Source: Nostoc sp. PCC 7120 = FACHB-418 (GTDB lineage: Bacteria > Cyanobacteriota > Cyanobacteriia > Cyanobacteriales > Nostocaceae). Taken from it: DNA of 32,000 nucleotides. Of this stretch, positions 9,924-18,334 are shown piece by piece. Numbering within the stretch: position 1 is the first letter of the stretch; the number at the start of each line of letters is the position of its first letter. Below the pieces are notes generated by a model. That model was given only the letters and a program-made list of their open reading frames with translations. It was not told the origin of the DNA and made no database searches. Where the stretch lies: positions 1,200,001 to 1,232,000 of the forward strand of contig NC_003272.1 in the NCBI RefSeq assembly GCF_000009705.1. The letters run 5' to 3'. A program made the translations under genes and the position numbers.

Positions 9924-11120
9924 ATGACTAACTTCACTTCTCGGATGCAGGCGGTACAATCACCGATTATTCCTGTAGTTGGGGAATTAATTCAAAATTC
10001 ACCTGGGACTATTTCTTTGGGACAGGGTGTGGTTTCTTATAGTCCGCCACCAGAAGCTATTGAGCTTTTGCCGAGATTTTTGGCTGACCCTGCTAATAAT
10101 TTATATAAAGCTGTGGAGGGTATTCCTCCTTTGTTGAATGCGCTGACAGAAAAATTGTCTACATTCAACAACATTGAAATCACGACAGATAACTGTATTG
10201 TGGTGACGGCGGGAAGCAATATGGCGTTTATGAACGCTATTTTGGCGATTACTTCTCCTGGTGATGAGATTATTCTGAATACGCCTTACTACTTCAACCA
10301 CGAGATGGCGATCACCATGGCTGGTTGTCGTGCAGTGTTGGTAGAAACCGATGAAAATTACCAACTGTGTCCAGAGGCGATCGCTCAAGCTATTACCCCA
10401 AAAACTCGCGCGGTGGTCACAATTTCCCCCAATAATCCTACAGGTGTTGTCTATTGCGAAGATTTGTTACGTAATGTAAATCAAATTTGCGCTAATTATG
10501 GCATCTATCACATTAGTGATGAGGCTTATGAATACTTTACTTACGATGGTGTAAAACACGTTTCTCCAGCCTCATTTGCAGGGAGTAGTGAGTATACAAT
10601 TTCCCTTTATAGTCTTTCTAAAGCTTATGGGTTTGCCAGTTGGCGAATTGGTTATATGGTAATTCCCAAACATCTGCTTGTCGCCATTAAAAAAGTCCAA
10701 GACACAATTTTGATTTGTCCGCCTGTGGTTTCTCAGTATGCAGCTTTGGGAGCATTACAAGCAAAACCAGAGTATTTACAGGATCATATTGGAGCGTTGG
10801 CGCAGCCTGCCGTAGGCATCGCTCAAGTCAGACAAATAGTATTCGACTACCTCAAGCAACTGCAAGGCTTATGTAATATTACTCCCGCCGATGGTGCTTT
10901 CTATGTTTTTCTAAAAGTGCATACTCAGATAGATGCTTTTGCATTAGTCAAACAACTAATTCAAGAATATAAAGTGGCTGTAATTCCGGGGACAACTTTT
11001 GGCATGGAAAATGGTTGTTATCTGCGGGTTGCTTACGGTGCTTTGCAAAAAGATACAGTCAAAGAAGGTATTGAAAGGTTAGTACAAGGATTGAAAACAA
11101 TTTTAGATACAGGAAAATGA
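9924..11120 (+). CDS. Pyridoxal-phosphate-dependent aminotransferase, class I/II
   Basis: 398 aa with fold-type I hallmarks: NPTG (PNNPTGVVY), DEAY (ISDEAYEYF), the SxSK lysine motif (SLSKAYGFASWRIGY) and a C-terminal R (LRVAY). Confidence 0.85.
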   Translation: MTNFTSRMQAVQSPIIPVVGELIQNSPGTISLGQGVVSYSPPPEAIELLPRFLADPANNLYKAVEGIPPLLNALTEKLSTFNNIEITTDNCIVVTAGSNMAFMNAILAITSPGDEIILNTPYYFNHEMAITMAGCRAVLVETDENYQLCPEAIAQAITPKTRAVVTISPNNPTGVVYCEDLLRNVNQICANYGIYHISDEAYEYFTYDGVKHVSPASFAGSSEYTISLYSLSKAYGFASWRIGYMVIPKHLLVAIKKVQDTILICPPVVSQYAALGALQAKPEYLQDHIGALAQPAVGIAQVRQIVFDYLKQLQGLCNITPADGAFYVFLKVHTQIDAFALVKQLIQEYKVAVIPGTTFGMENGCYLRVAYGALQKDTVKEGIERLVQGLKTILDTGK

Positions 11121-11301
11121 GATAATAATTTTCATAATCCATCATTCAGAAGTCAGAATCAATAAGACTTTGATATTACAGCTTAGTGCTTTGAATAAAA
11201 TTAAAGCTATTATGATTGATTAATTTTATAGTCAGTCTAAATTTGCACTGCTGATTTTTGATTTTTTGCCAATAAGTTGGTTATTTAATATCGAATTTGT
11301 T

Positions 11302-11739
11302 ATGTCCATATTCAATAAAATCATCGAAATAGAAACAGAAGCAGGAATTAATATTTACAACATCACTACCTATCTCAAGGACTTTTTAGCTGCTACTGCA
11401 ATTCAAAATGGGCAAATTTTAGTTTTTTCACAACACACAACCACTGCTTTAGCAATTAATGAAGATGAAGTTAGATTATTAGAAGATATAAAAGTATTTT
11501 TGCGGAAACTGGCCCCGGAGTCGGAACGTTACTTGCATAACGATTTACATTTAAGAGTTGTGCCAGAAGATGAACCGATGAATGCTCATTCTCATTTAAT
11601 GGCAATGATGTTAACGACTAGCGAAGTTATCCCTGTCATAGAGGGAAAATTAGCATTAGGAACTTGGCAATCTGTATTGTTTTTCGAGTTAGATGGCCCC
11701 CGTAAAAGAAATGTGCTGCTGCAAATTTCTGGGGAATAA
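11302..11739 (+). CDS. YjbQ/UPF0047 family protein (secondary thiamine-phosphate synthase enzyme)
   Basis: The motifs QHTTTALAINEDE and NAHSHLMAMML are typical of YjbQ. ATG at 11302 is preferred over the track's alternative start at 11266. Confidence 0.75.
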   Translation: MSIFNKIIEIETEAGINIYNITTYLKDFLAATAIQNGQILVFSQHTTTALAINEDEVRLLEDIKVFLRKLAPESERYLHNDLHLRVVPEDEPMNAHSHLMAMMLTTSEVIPVIEGKLALGTWQSVLFFELDGPRKRNVLLQISGE

Positions 11740-11789
11740 CTTCACGGGTAAATCATTGAAAATGCGGGTGAGCAATACAAAAGAAAGTT

Positions 11790-11803
11790 AGTACTTAAGT
11801 ACT
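11790..11803. promoter_or_regulatory. LexA-box candidate (perfect palindrome AGTACTTAAGTACT)
   Basis: It fits every position of the cyanobacterial LexA-box consensus RGTACNNNDGTWCB. It lies 51 nt after the yjbQ stop and 162 nt before the glpX GTG. The alternative reading is a short hairpin followed by GTTTT. Confidence 0.45.
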
Positions 11804-11964
11804 GTTTTGGGTGCTGTTGGCGTGGAAATACATGACTTAGCAGCAAAACTTAACACAGATGCAAGTAGATACTATTTTCCACAGGTATCCGCCCTTTGGT
11901 AGACTTGAAAACTGAAATGGCTAGAAAAAACGACGGAAAGTCAAGCAGTTGAGAGGGCGACTCT

Positions 11965-13002
11965 GTGGAAAATACACTTGGATTAGAGATTATTGAGGTA
12001 GTTGAGCAAGCCGCGATCGCATCCGCAAAGTGGATGGGTAAGGGCGAAAAGAATACTGCTGACCAAGTAGCAGTAGAAGCAATGCGCGAGCGCATGAATA
12101 AAATTTATATGCGCGGTCGCATCGTAATTGGGGAAGGGGAACGTGATGACGCGCCCATGTTGTATATCGGGGAAGAAGTTGGTATTTGTACCCAACCAAA
12201 TGCTGACCAATTATGTAACCCCGATGAATTAGTAGAAATTGATATCGCTGTTGACCCCTGCGAAGGTACAAACCTCGTAGCTTATGGTCAACCCGGCTCA
12301 ATGGCAGTTCTGGCTATTTCCGAGAAAGGTGGATTATTCGCTGCGCCTGACTTCTACATGAAGAAATTAGCCGCACCTCCAGCCGCTAAAGGCAAAGTAG
12401 ACATTAACAAGTCAGCTACGGAAAACCTCAAGATTCTTTCCGAGTGTCTAGACCGTTCTATTGACGAACTTGTAGTAGTCGTCATGAAACGCGATCGCCA
12501 CCAAGGTTTAATCAAAGAAATCCGCGACGCTGGCGCAAGAGTACAACTGATTTCTGATGGTGATGTAGGCGCAGCAATATCTTGTGGTTTTGCGGGGACT
12601 AACGTTCATGCGCTCATGGGTATTGGTGCTGCACCTGAAGGTGTCATTTCCGCAGCCGCTATGCGTGCTTTGGGCGGACACTTCCAAGGTCAATTGATAT
12701 ACGATCCAGAAGTAGTGAAAACAGGCTTGATTGGGGAAAGCAAACAAGCAAACCTTGACCGTCTCAGCTCTATGGGTATCAATGACCCTGATAAGGTTTA
12801 CGATGCTCATGAACTAGCATCAGGTGAAAATGTTCTCTTCGCCGGTTGCGGTATCACCTCTGGTAATCTCATGCAAGGTGTACGCTTCTTCCACGGCGGT
12901 GCTAGAACTCAAAGCTTGGTTATTTCCAGCCAGTCACAAACTGCTCGTTTTGTGGACACAATTCACATGGCTGGACAGCCCAAGACTGTGCAACTGCACT
13001 AG
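11965..13002 (+). CDS. glpX: Class II fructose-1,6-bisphosphatase / sedoheptulose-1,7-bisphosphatase
   Basis: 345 aa with a GTG start. The GlpX-type sequence is very clear ([26 protein letters not shown] ... DPCEGTNL ... LISDGDV ... [14 protein letters not shown]...). The glpX-hemA adjacency is common in cyanobacteria. Confidence 0.9.
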   Translation: MENTLGLEIIEVVEQAAIASAKWMGKGEKNTADQVAVEAMRERMNKIYMRGRIVIGEGERDDAPMLYIGEEVGICTQPNADQLCNPDELVEIDIAVDPCEGTNLVAYGQPGSMAVLAISEKGGLFAAPDFYMKKLAAPPAAKGKVDINKSATENLKILSECLDRSIDELVVVVMKRDRHQGLIKEIRDAGARVQLISDGDVGAAISCGFAGTNVHALMGIGAAPEGVISAAAMRALGGHFQGQLIYDPEVVKTGLIGESKQANLDRLSSMGINDPDKVYDAHELASGENVLFAGCGITSGNLMQGVRFFHGGARTQSLVISSQSQTARFVDTIHMAGQPKTVQLH

Positions 13003-13007
13003 GAATT

Positions 13008-13186
13008 AGGGAACGGGGATTAGGGACTGGGGACTAGGAAGCCAAGGAGCAGGGAGCAGGGGGAGCAGGGGAAGCAGGGGGAGTAGGGGAAGCAGGGGGT
13101 AAATTTCATCCCCAATCCCCAGTACCCAATCCCCAGTACCCAATCCCCAATCCCCAACCCCCAATCCCCAATCCCCAACCCCCAAT
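13008..13186. repeat. Composite STRR element: G-rich arrays, 17-nt core GGGTAAATTTCATCCCC, then a CCCCAAT/CCCCAGTA array (STRR1 type)
   Basis: Tandem 7-9-nt units fill the entire glpX-hemA spacer. The core is at 13097..13113. The same architecture appears inverted at 19856..19962. Confidence 0.85.
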
Positions 13187-13220
13187 CATTAAATAACCCA
13201 TTACTAATTACCGATAAGAA

Positions 13221-14507
13221 ATGAATATTGCAGTGGTGGGGTTAAGCCATAAAACAGCCCCAGTTGAAATTCGGGAAAAGCTGAGTATTCCAGAACCACA
13301 GACAGAAAGTGCGATCGCACAACTTACCAGCTATCCTCATATTGATGAAGTCGCCATTCTCAGCACCTGTAACCGTCTAGAAATTTACATCGTTGCGGGT
13401 GAAACAGATCACGGTATTCGAGAAGTAACTCAGTTTCTTTCCGAACACAGTAAATTGCCAGTGCATTCCCTACGTCAGCACTTATTTGTCTTGCTACATG
13501 AGGACGCAGTTATGCACATCATGCGAGTGGCGGCTGGATTGGATAGCCTCGTACTAGGCGAAGGTCAAATTCTGGCTCAGGTCAAAAATACTCACAAACT
13601 GGGGCAGCAATATAACGGTATAAAAACAATTTTGAATCGATTATTTAAACAAGCGCTGACAGCAGGTAAGCGAGTCCGCACGGAAACTAGCATTGGTACT
13701 GGTGCAGTTTCCATCAGTTCCGCAGCTGTGGAGTTAGCGCAAATAAAAGCTGAAAATTTAGCAGCTTGCCGAGTCACAATTCTCGGTGCTGGTAAGATGT
13801 CACGGCTGTTAGTGCAACACCTCGTTTCTAAAGGTGCTACACAAATCAGTATTGTCAATCGTTCACGAGAACGCGCCCAAGAATTAGCAAAGCAATTTTC
13901 AGAACACCCCATTCGTACTCATTTGCTTCCAGAAATGATGACAGTCATTGCTGAAAGCCATTTGGTGTTTACAAGTACCTCCGCAACAGAGCCAATACTT
14001 GATCGGGCTAAATTAGAAATGGTTTTAGCACCAAACCAGCCCCTCATGTTATTTGATATTTCCGTACCACGCAACGTCCATACAGACGTGAATGAACTGG
14101 TCAACGTCCAGGCTTTCAACGTGGATGATTTAAAGGCGGTTGTAGCCCAAAATTACGAAAGCCGCAGGAAGATGGCTCAAGAGGCAGAACGGCTTTTAGA
14201 AGAAGAAATTGAGGCTTTTGATATTTGGTGGCGCAGTTTAGAAACTGTGTCTACAATTAGCAGTCTGCGGAGTAAAATCGAAACCATCCGCGAACAGGAA
14301 TTAGAGAAAGCCTTATCAAGATTGGGTTCAGAATTCGGCGACAAACATCAAGAGGTGATTGAAGCCTTAACAAGAGGTATTGTTAATAAAATTTTACATG
14401 ACCCGATGGTGCAATTGCGGGCGCAGCAAGATGTTGAAGCCAGAAGGCGCTGTATGCAAACCCTGCAAATGTTGTTCAACCTAGATGTGGGTGAGCAGTT
14501 TAGTTAA
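13221..14507 (+). CDS. hemA: Glutamyl-tRNA reductase
   Basis: 428 aa. Contains [20 protein letters not shown], the catalytic Cys region STCNRLEIY, the NADPH-binding motif ILGAGKMS, and a C-terminal dimerisation helix. Confidence 0.95.
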
Positions 14508-14610
14508 TTAGGGATTTAGGGGTGTAGGGGTGTAGGGGTTTAGGGGTTTAGGGGTTTAGGGGAAAGAGTAAAACTAAATTTTTCCCTCACACCCTCACGC
14601 CCTCACACCC
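14508..14610. repeat. Inverted octamer arrays (GGGGTGTA/GGGGTTTA)n, AT spacer, (CCCTCACA)n
   Basis: The G-array spans 14508..14562, a spacer follows (aaagagtaaaactaaattttt), and the C-array spans 14584..14610. They fill the convergent hemA / Uma2 junction. The arms are imperfectly complementary. Confidence 0.85.
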
Positions 14611-14612
14611 TT

Positions 14613-15323
14613 CTAAATCTCCTCTGGATTTATACCCCGTTCTTGCAGTCGTGTCATTAAATCTTGATATTTTTGGCGTTCTTGCTCAAGTTGTTGGAGA
14701 GCAACCTCTTTAGCTTGGCGTTCTTGTTCAGCAAGTTGATGTTCTTGTATCCTTAATTGCTCAATTTCAACTGGGGTAAGAAACTTTTGTCCATCAGGAC
14801 GGTATATTTCTAAAGTTTGCGGAGTAAGTTCAAATCTTATTTTTAAATGAGGACTTATGAACCCATGAATTTGGGGAATTTCTTGCAGCCAATCTTCTGA
14901 ACGCAAGAAACCTGTTAATTCATTGTCATCTGGGTCGTAAATATAATATTCTTCAACTCCGTAGCGTTGATAAAATAAAAGTTTATTAGCCATCTCCTTA
15001 GATTTGTTACCAGGAGATAAGATTTCAAATACCACCTGAGGAGGAATGTTATCTTCTTCCCATTGCTTATAAGAACCCCTATCTCCTTTGGGTCTACCAA
15101 ATGCTACTAAAGTATCAGGTGCTTGCTTAATATTAGGATTACCTGCAACTGGATACCAAAATAAATCTCCGGCTATGAATACATCTGGTTGCGTTGCAAA
15201 TAAAATTTCTAAATTTTCTTTAATTGTTACTATCCAGCGAAATTGCTTGGTATTATCCGCCATCGGTTGTCCGTCGCTTTCGGGGTAGATGACCTCAGAT
15301 GCGGTACTGGGAGTAATCACCAT
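14613..15323 (-). CDS. Uma2 family (DUF820) restriction-endonuclease-like protein with a coiled-coil tail
   Basis: 236 aa. Contains the motifs PDVFIAGDLFWY, PPQVVFEILSPGN and EEYYIYDP characteristic of the Uma2 family expanded in cyanobacteria. The C-terminus is Q/E-rich coiled coil. Confidence 0.8.
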   Translation of the reverse strand: MVITPSTASEVIYPESDGQPMADNTKQFRWIVTIKENLEILFATQPDVFIAGDLFWYPVAGNPNIKQAPDTLVAFGRPKGDRGSYKQWEEDNIPPQVVFEILSPGNKSKEMANKLLFYQRYGVEEYYIYDPDDNELTGFLRSEDWLQEIPQIHGFISPHLKIRFELTPQTLEIYRPDGQKFLTPVEIEQLRIQEHQLAEQERQAKEVALQQLEQERQKYQDLMTRLQERGINPEEI

Positions 15324-15418
15324 AATGCTACACCTCCACTCTTGGTCTTTTTCATAGTTTAGTTGGTGGAGATGGTACTTTTCTAGTTATTGATGGTATT
15401 TATGTACTATAAATAAAT

Positions 15419-15459
15419 GAGCGATCGCCACACGATATTATTATCTATAGCGATCGCTC
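15419..15459. repeat. Pair of HIP1 octamers forming a 10-bp inverted repeat (GAGCGATCGC ... GCGATCGCTC)
   Basis: The arms at 15419..15428 and 15450..15459 are separated by 21 nt of AT-rich sequence. The structure lies between the HTH gene stop and the Uma2 start. On the minus strand it is followed by ATTTATTTAT. Confidence 0.6.
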
Positions 15460-15478
15460 AAACTTATTGCCTAAAAAC

Positions 15479-15652
15479 TCACAAATTTCTCGTTCTAGCT
15501 CGGTAATCTAATAGCGCACCCTGACTAACCACCGTGCGTCCATTTCTCTTGTGAGTGGGTATTTGTCCTTTTTGCAGAGCCATATACAGAGAACTTTGAT
15601 CCATTCCTAAGAATCTAGCAGCTTGGACAAGCGAAGCACCTTGTCTAGCCAT
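15479..15652 (-). CDS. Small helix-turn-helix DNA-binding protein (excisionase/MerR-like HTH)
   Basis: MARQGASLVQAARFLGMDQSSLYMALQKGQIPTHKRNGRTVV... The ATG at 15652 has AAGGA 8 nt upstream. The track's longer version starts at 15694. Confidence 0.5.
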   Translation of the reverse strand: MARQGASLVQAARFLGMDQSSLYMALQKGQIPTHKRNGRTVVSQGALLDYRARTRNL

Positions 15653-15866
15653 ACCGCGATTCCTTCTTTTCCGGCGTGACAGAAATCTCAACATAGCAAA
15701 ATGTAAAGAACAACTTAAGAAAACTCAACTTTTTGCAGAACGAATCGCAAAATTAACATTAATTCAAAAATCACCAAAGCAGAGCTTGTGCTGCATCAGA
15801 TGAGGGCAGCATTAGTAATTCGATCTAGCTCTAATTAGATTGTGATCGAATTAAGTATAACAAATT

Positions 15867-16457
15867 ATGAAACAAGAGCAATTTCAGACCCTACTGCAAT
15901 TTTTTAAAGTTTTAGCTGATGAAAGCCGATTGAAAATTTTAGGGATTCTAGCAAATCAGGAATGCAGTGTCGAAGAATTAGCAGCGTTTATGCGGCTCAA
16001 AGAGCCAACAGTTTCCCACCATTTGGCAAGACTCAAAGAGCTAAATTTAGTCACAATGCGCCCAGAGGGTAATAGTCGCATATATCAGTTAGATAGTGAA
16101 GTTTTGCAAAGCATCAGCAAAGAAATTCTCTCTCCCGAAAAGATAGCCTCCTTAATAGAGGACGTAGATACTGAAGCCTGGGAAAGCAAAGTTTTAAAAA
16201 ACTATTTGGAGACAAGCACAAACAGCACTGAAGGAGTGCAACGGATTAAAGAAATTCCCGCTAGCCGGAAAAAGCGCCTAGTTATTCTCAAGTGGTTGGT
16301 AAACAAATTTGAGTTAGGCATCAATTATTCAGAACAAGAAGTGAACAATATTCTCAATCGCTACCATCCCGATTACGCCACATTACGACGAGAGTTGATT
16401 AGTTACAAGTTAATGCAGCGAGAAAATGGGGTTTACTGGCGGTTAGCAGAAATCTAG
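15867..16457 (+). CDS. ArsR-family winged-helix regulator with a C-terminal DUF2087-like domain
   Basis: The N-terminus FKVLADESRLKILGILANQECSVEELAAFMRLKEPTVSHHLARLKELNLV is a classic ArsR/SmtB HTH. The C-terminal part (RLVILKWLVNKFELGINYSEQEVNNIL ... DYATLRRELISYKLMQRENGVYW) resembles DUF2087. Confidence 0.75.
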   Translation: MKQEQFQTLLQFFKVLADESRLKILGILANQECSVEELAAFMRLKEPTVSHHLARLKELNLVTMRPEGNSRIYQLDSEVLQSISKEILSPEKIASLIEDVDTEAWESKVLKNYLETSTNSTEGVQRIKEIPASRKKRLVILKWLVNKFELGINYSEQEVNNILNRYHPDYATLRRELISYKLMQRENGVYWRLAEI

Positions 16458-16550
16458 GTCAATATAGTTGAGATTGCAATTACTTAACTAAAGTAACCTA
16501 TCGTATATCCTGTTAAACAGATCAAAATAGAGAACAGGGGTATTTTTACT

Positions 16551-17462
16551 ATGGCAAATCCGAGTTGTTCGTTGTGGATTTTTGTGGCGCGGCCGGATAC
16601 ATCTTTCCTTTTACAGACAATTCCTCATTTAGTAAAAGTGCATAACTTTCCTTTTGAGGAGAAGGTTTTAGCAGTTGATACAGCTCCACTGATGGGAGAC
16701 AAAGTGACTCGTCCTCACATTGGGACAATGGAAGAACTGCGCGAGTGTACAGAGAAGTTATTACAAGCAGGTGTTGTGGATCGTGTCGTTGATATAAATT
16801 ACGATGCAAATTACCATAATGAAGTTTATCGAAAACATTTTGGTACACCGATTCGCTTTACTCATAACTATAAAGGTTATCCCATTTTAGGTTCTATATT
16901 TAGCATCGAAGAATGTAAAAGTGAATATATGTTGCACTTCGATAGTGATATGTTGATGTTTCAACAACCCAATCACAATTGGATTGAAGAAGCTGTTAAA
17001 TTAATGGAAGAAAATCCCAAAATGATGTTTGTGCGACCACTTGCTGGCCCACCAACAAATCAGCCAAAATCAGAGCCTTTTGATACTTTTAAAACCTTTG
17101 GTAGTAGAGTTTATTTAATAGATTGTAAGCGATTTGATAAGTTTCTTCCTGTCCCTGTGCTTTGGCGTTCTTACAACACAAAATGGATGAATGACTTACC
17201 AACTTCATTAAAAACTATTCTTAGCAACTTTACAGGTAAAGGTAAGTTAGATTCTTGGGAAATTATGGTAACTCAAAAACTAGAACAGACCGATTATTTC
17301 CGCGCTAACTTAACTAATCCTGCCGCTTGGACACTACACCCAAAAGATAGAAGCCAAGCATTTCTTCAAGCTTTACCTAACATGATCGCTAGAATTGAAG
17401 CAGGCGACTTTCCTCAGCAGCAAGCTGGGGAGTATGACTTGATCCCGCAAGCTTGGTATTAA
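16551..17462 (+). CDS. Conserved hypothetical protein, possible GT-A-fold glycosyltransferase-like
   Basis: 303 aa. The DxD-like motif HFDSDML follows a beta-strand-rich N-terminal half. No other recognisable signature, so the functional call is weak. Confidence 0.5.
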   Translation: MANPSCSLWIFVARPDTSFLLQTIPHLVKVHNFPFEEKVLAVDTAPLMGDKVTRPHIGTMEELRECTEKLLQAGVVDRVVDINYDANYHNEVYRKHFGTPIRFTHNYKGYPILGSIFSIEECKSEYMLHFDSDMLMFQQPNHNWIEEAVKLMEENPKMMFVRPLAGPPTNQPKSEPFDTFKTFGSRVYLIDCKRFDKFLPVPVLWRSYNTKWMNDLPTSLKTILSNFTGKGKLDSWEIMVTQKLEQTDYFRANLTNPAAWTLHPKDRSQAFLQALPNMIARIEAGDFPQQQAGEYDLIPQAWY

Positions 17463-17469
17463 AAATAAC

Positions 17470-17545
17470 GGGTAATGGGTAGTGGGTAATGGGTAATGGG
17501 TAATGAAAGAGAATTTAATTTGTCCCCAGTCCCCAATCCCCAATT
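17470..17545. repeat. Inverted STRR arrays (GGGTAAT)n, AT spacer, (CCCCAGT/CCCCAAT)n
   Basis: The G-array spans 17470..17505, a spacer follows (aaagagaatttaatttgt), and the C-array spans 17524..17545. They fill the convergent junction between the GT-A-like gene and natA. Confidence 0.85.
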
Positions 17546-17551
17546 CATAAA

Positions 17552-18334
17552 CTATTTGCCTAAATACGCCTCTAAAACTTGGGAATTAGTTTGGATTTCG
17601 GCTGGAGTTCCATCAGCTAAATTTTGTCCTTCAGCAAGTACCCAAACACGATCGCACAAGGACATGATCACATCCATGTTATGTTCGATAATCAAGAAGG
17701 TCATCCCATCTTGACGGTTCCAGGTGAGGATGCGATCGCAAATATCATCAATTAATCTGGGGTTGACTCCGGCTGCTGGTTCATCCAACAAAATCAATTT
17801 GGGATTAGTCATCAAAGCCCTACCCATTTCTAGCAGCTTGCGTTGTCCTCCAGACAAGCCACCAGCATATTCATAAGCTTTCTTAGCCAAACCCACCGAT
17901 TCCAGCAAAAACATTGCTTGTTCTTGCAGCTGCTTCTCTTCCTTAACAACTACCTGGGGTTGTAACTGTACCTGCCAAAAATTCTCCCCTGTTTGCTTTT
18001 GGGCGGCTAGCAGCATATTTTCTAACACCGACAGCCTGGAGAGAGTCCGGGCTACCTGAAAAGTCCGTACCATACCCTGTTGGGCGATTTGGTGCGGCTG
18101 TAACTGTTGAATGGGTTCGCCATCAAAAATGACACGTCCTTTATCTGGGCGGATAAAGTTTGAAAGTAGGTTAAATAAGGTAGTTTTGCCAGCACCATTG
18201 GGGCCAATCAAGCCAGTGATACTGCCTTGTGCAACTTCGATTCTCGCTTCTTGAACAGCTTTAATACCGCCAAAACTCTTGCAAAGTCCGCTAGCTGCTA
18301 ATAGGGGAAGTGGGGGTGACTGGTTATTTACCAA
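17552..18334 (-). CDS. natA: Branched-chain/neutral amino-acid ABC transporter ATP-binding protein (LivG-like, probably NatA)
   Basis: Walker A GPNGAGKTT, signature LSGGQRK, Walker B LILLDEP, and the LivG-type insert. It overlaps the upstream permease gene by 11 nt. The two-gene permease-ATPase arrangement resembles Anabaena natCA; the symbol is recalled from synteny, not verified. Confidence 0.8.
   Translation of the reverse strand: MVNNQSPPLPLLAASGLCKSFGGIKAVQEARIEVAQGSITGLIGPNGAGKTTLFNLLSNFIRPDKGRVIFDGEPIQQLQPHQIAQQGMVRTFQVARTLSRLSVLENMLLAAQKQTGENFWQVQLQPQVVVKEEKQLQEQAMFLLESVGLAKKAYEYAGGLSGGQRKLLEMGRALMTNPKLILLDEPAAGVNPRLIDDICDRILTWNRQDGMTFLIIEHNMDVIMSLCDRVWVLAEGQNLADGTPAEIQTNSQVLEAYLGK

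Noticed and set aside
10795-10825. Possible in-frame insertion of a small dispersed repeat in the aminotransferase gene (agcgttggcgcagcctgccgtaggcatcgct, read as ALAQPAVGIA).
   Set aside because: It shows only patchy similarity (about 19 of 25 aligned positions with a 6-nt gap) to the reverse complement of 31298..31328 and has poor self-complementarity. Without an orthologue alignment I cannot show that these residues are an insertion.
13008-13186. Tandem repeat arrays (here and at 14508, 17470, 19458, 19856, 24738, 26354, 30067, 30448 and 31388) considered as CRISPR arrays.
   Set aside because: The repeat period is only 7-9 nt, with no unique spacers of 30-40 nt and no cas genes. This is the STRR-type micro-repeat pattern of heterocystous cyanobacteria, not CRISPR.
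15479-15694. The excisionase-like HTH gene next to the Uma2 nuclease considered as evidence of an integrated mobile element.
   Set aside because: There is no integrase, transposase, att-like direct repeats or tRNA target in the neighbourhood. The HTH assignment itself is weak.
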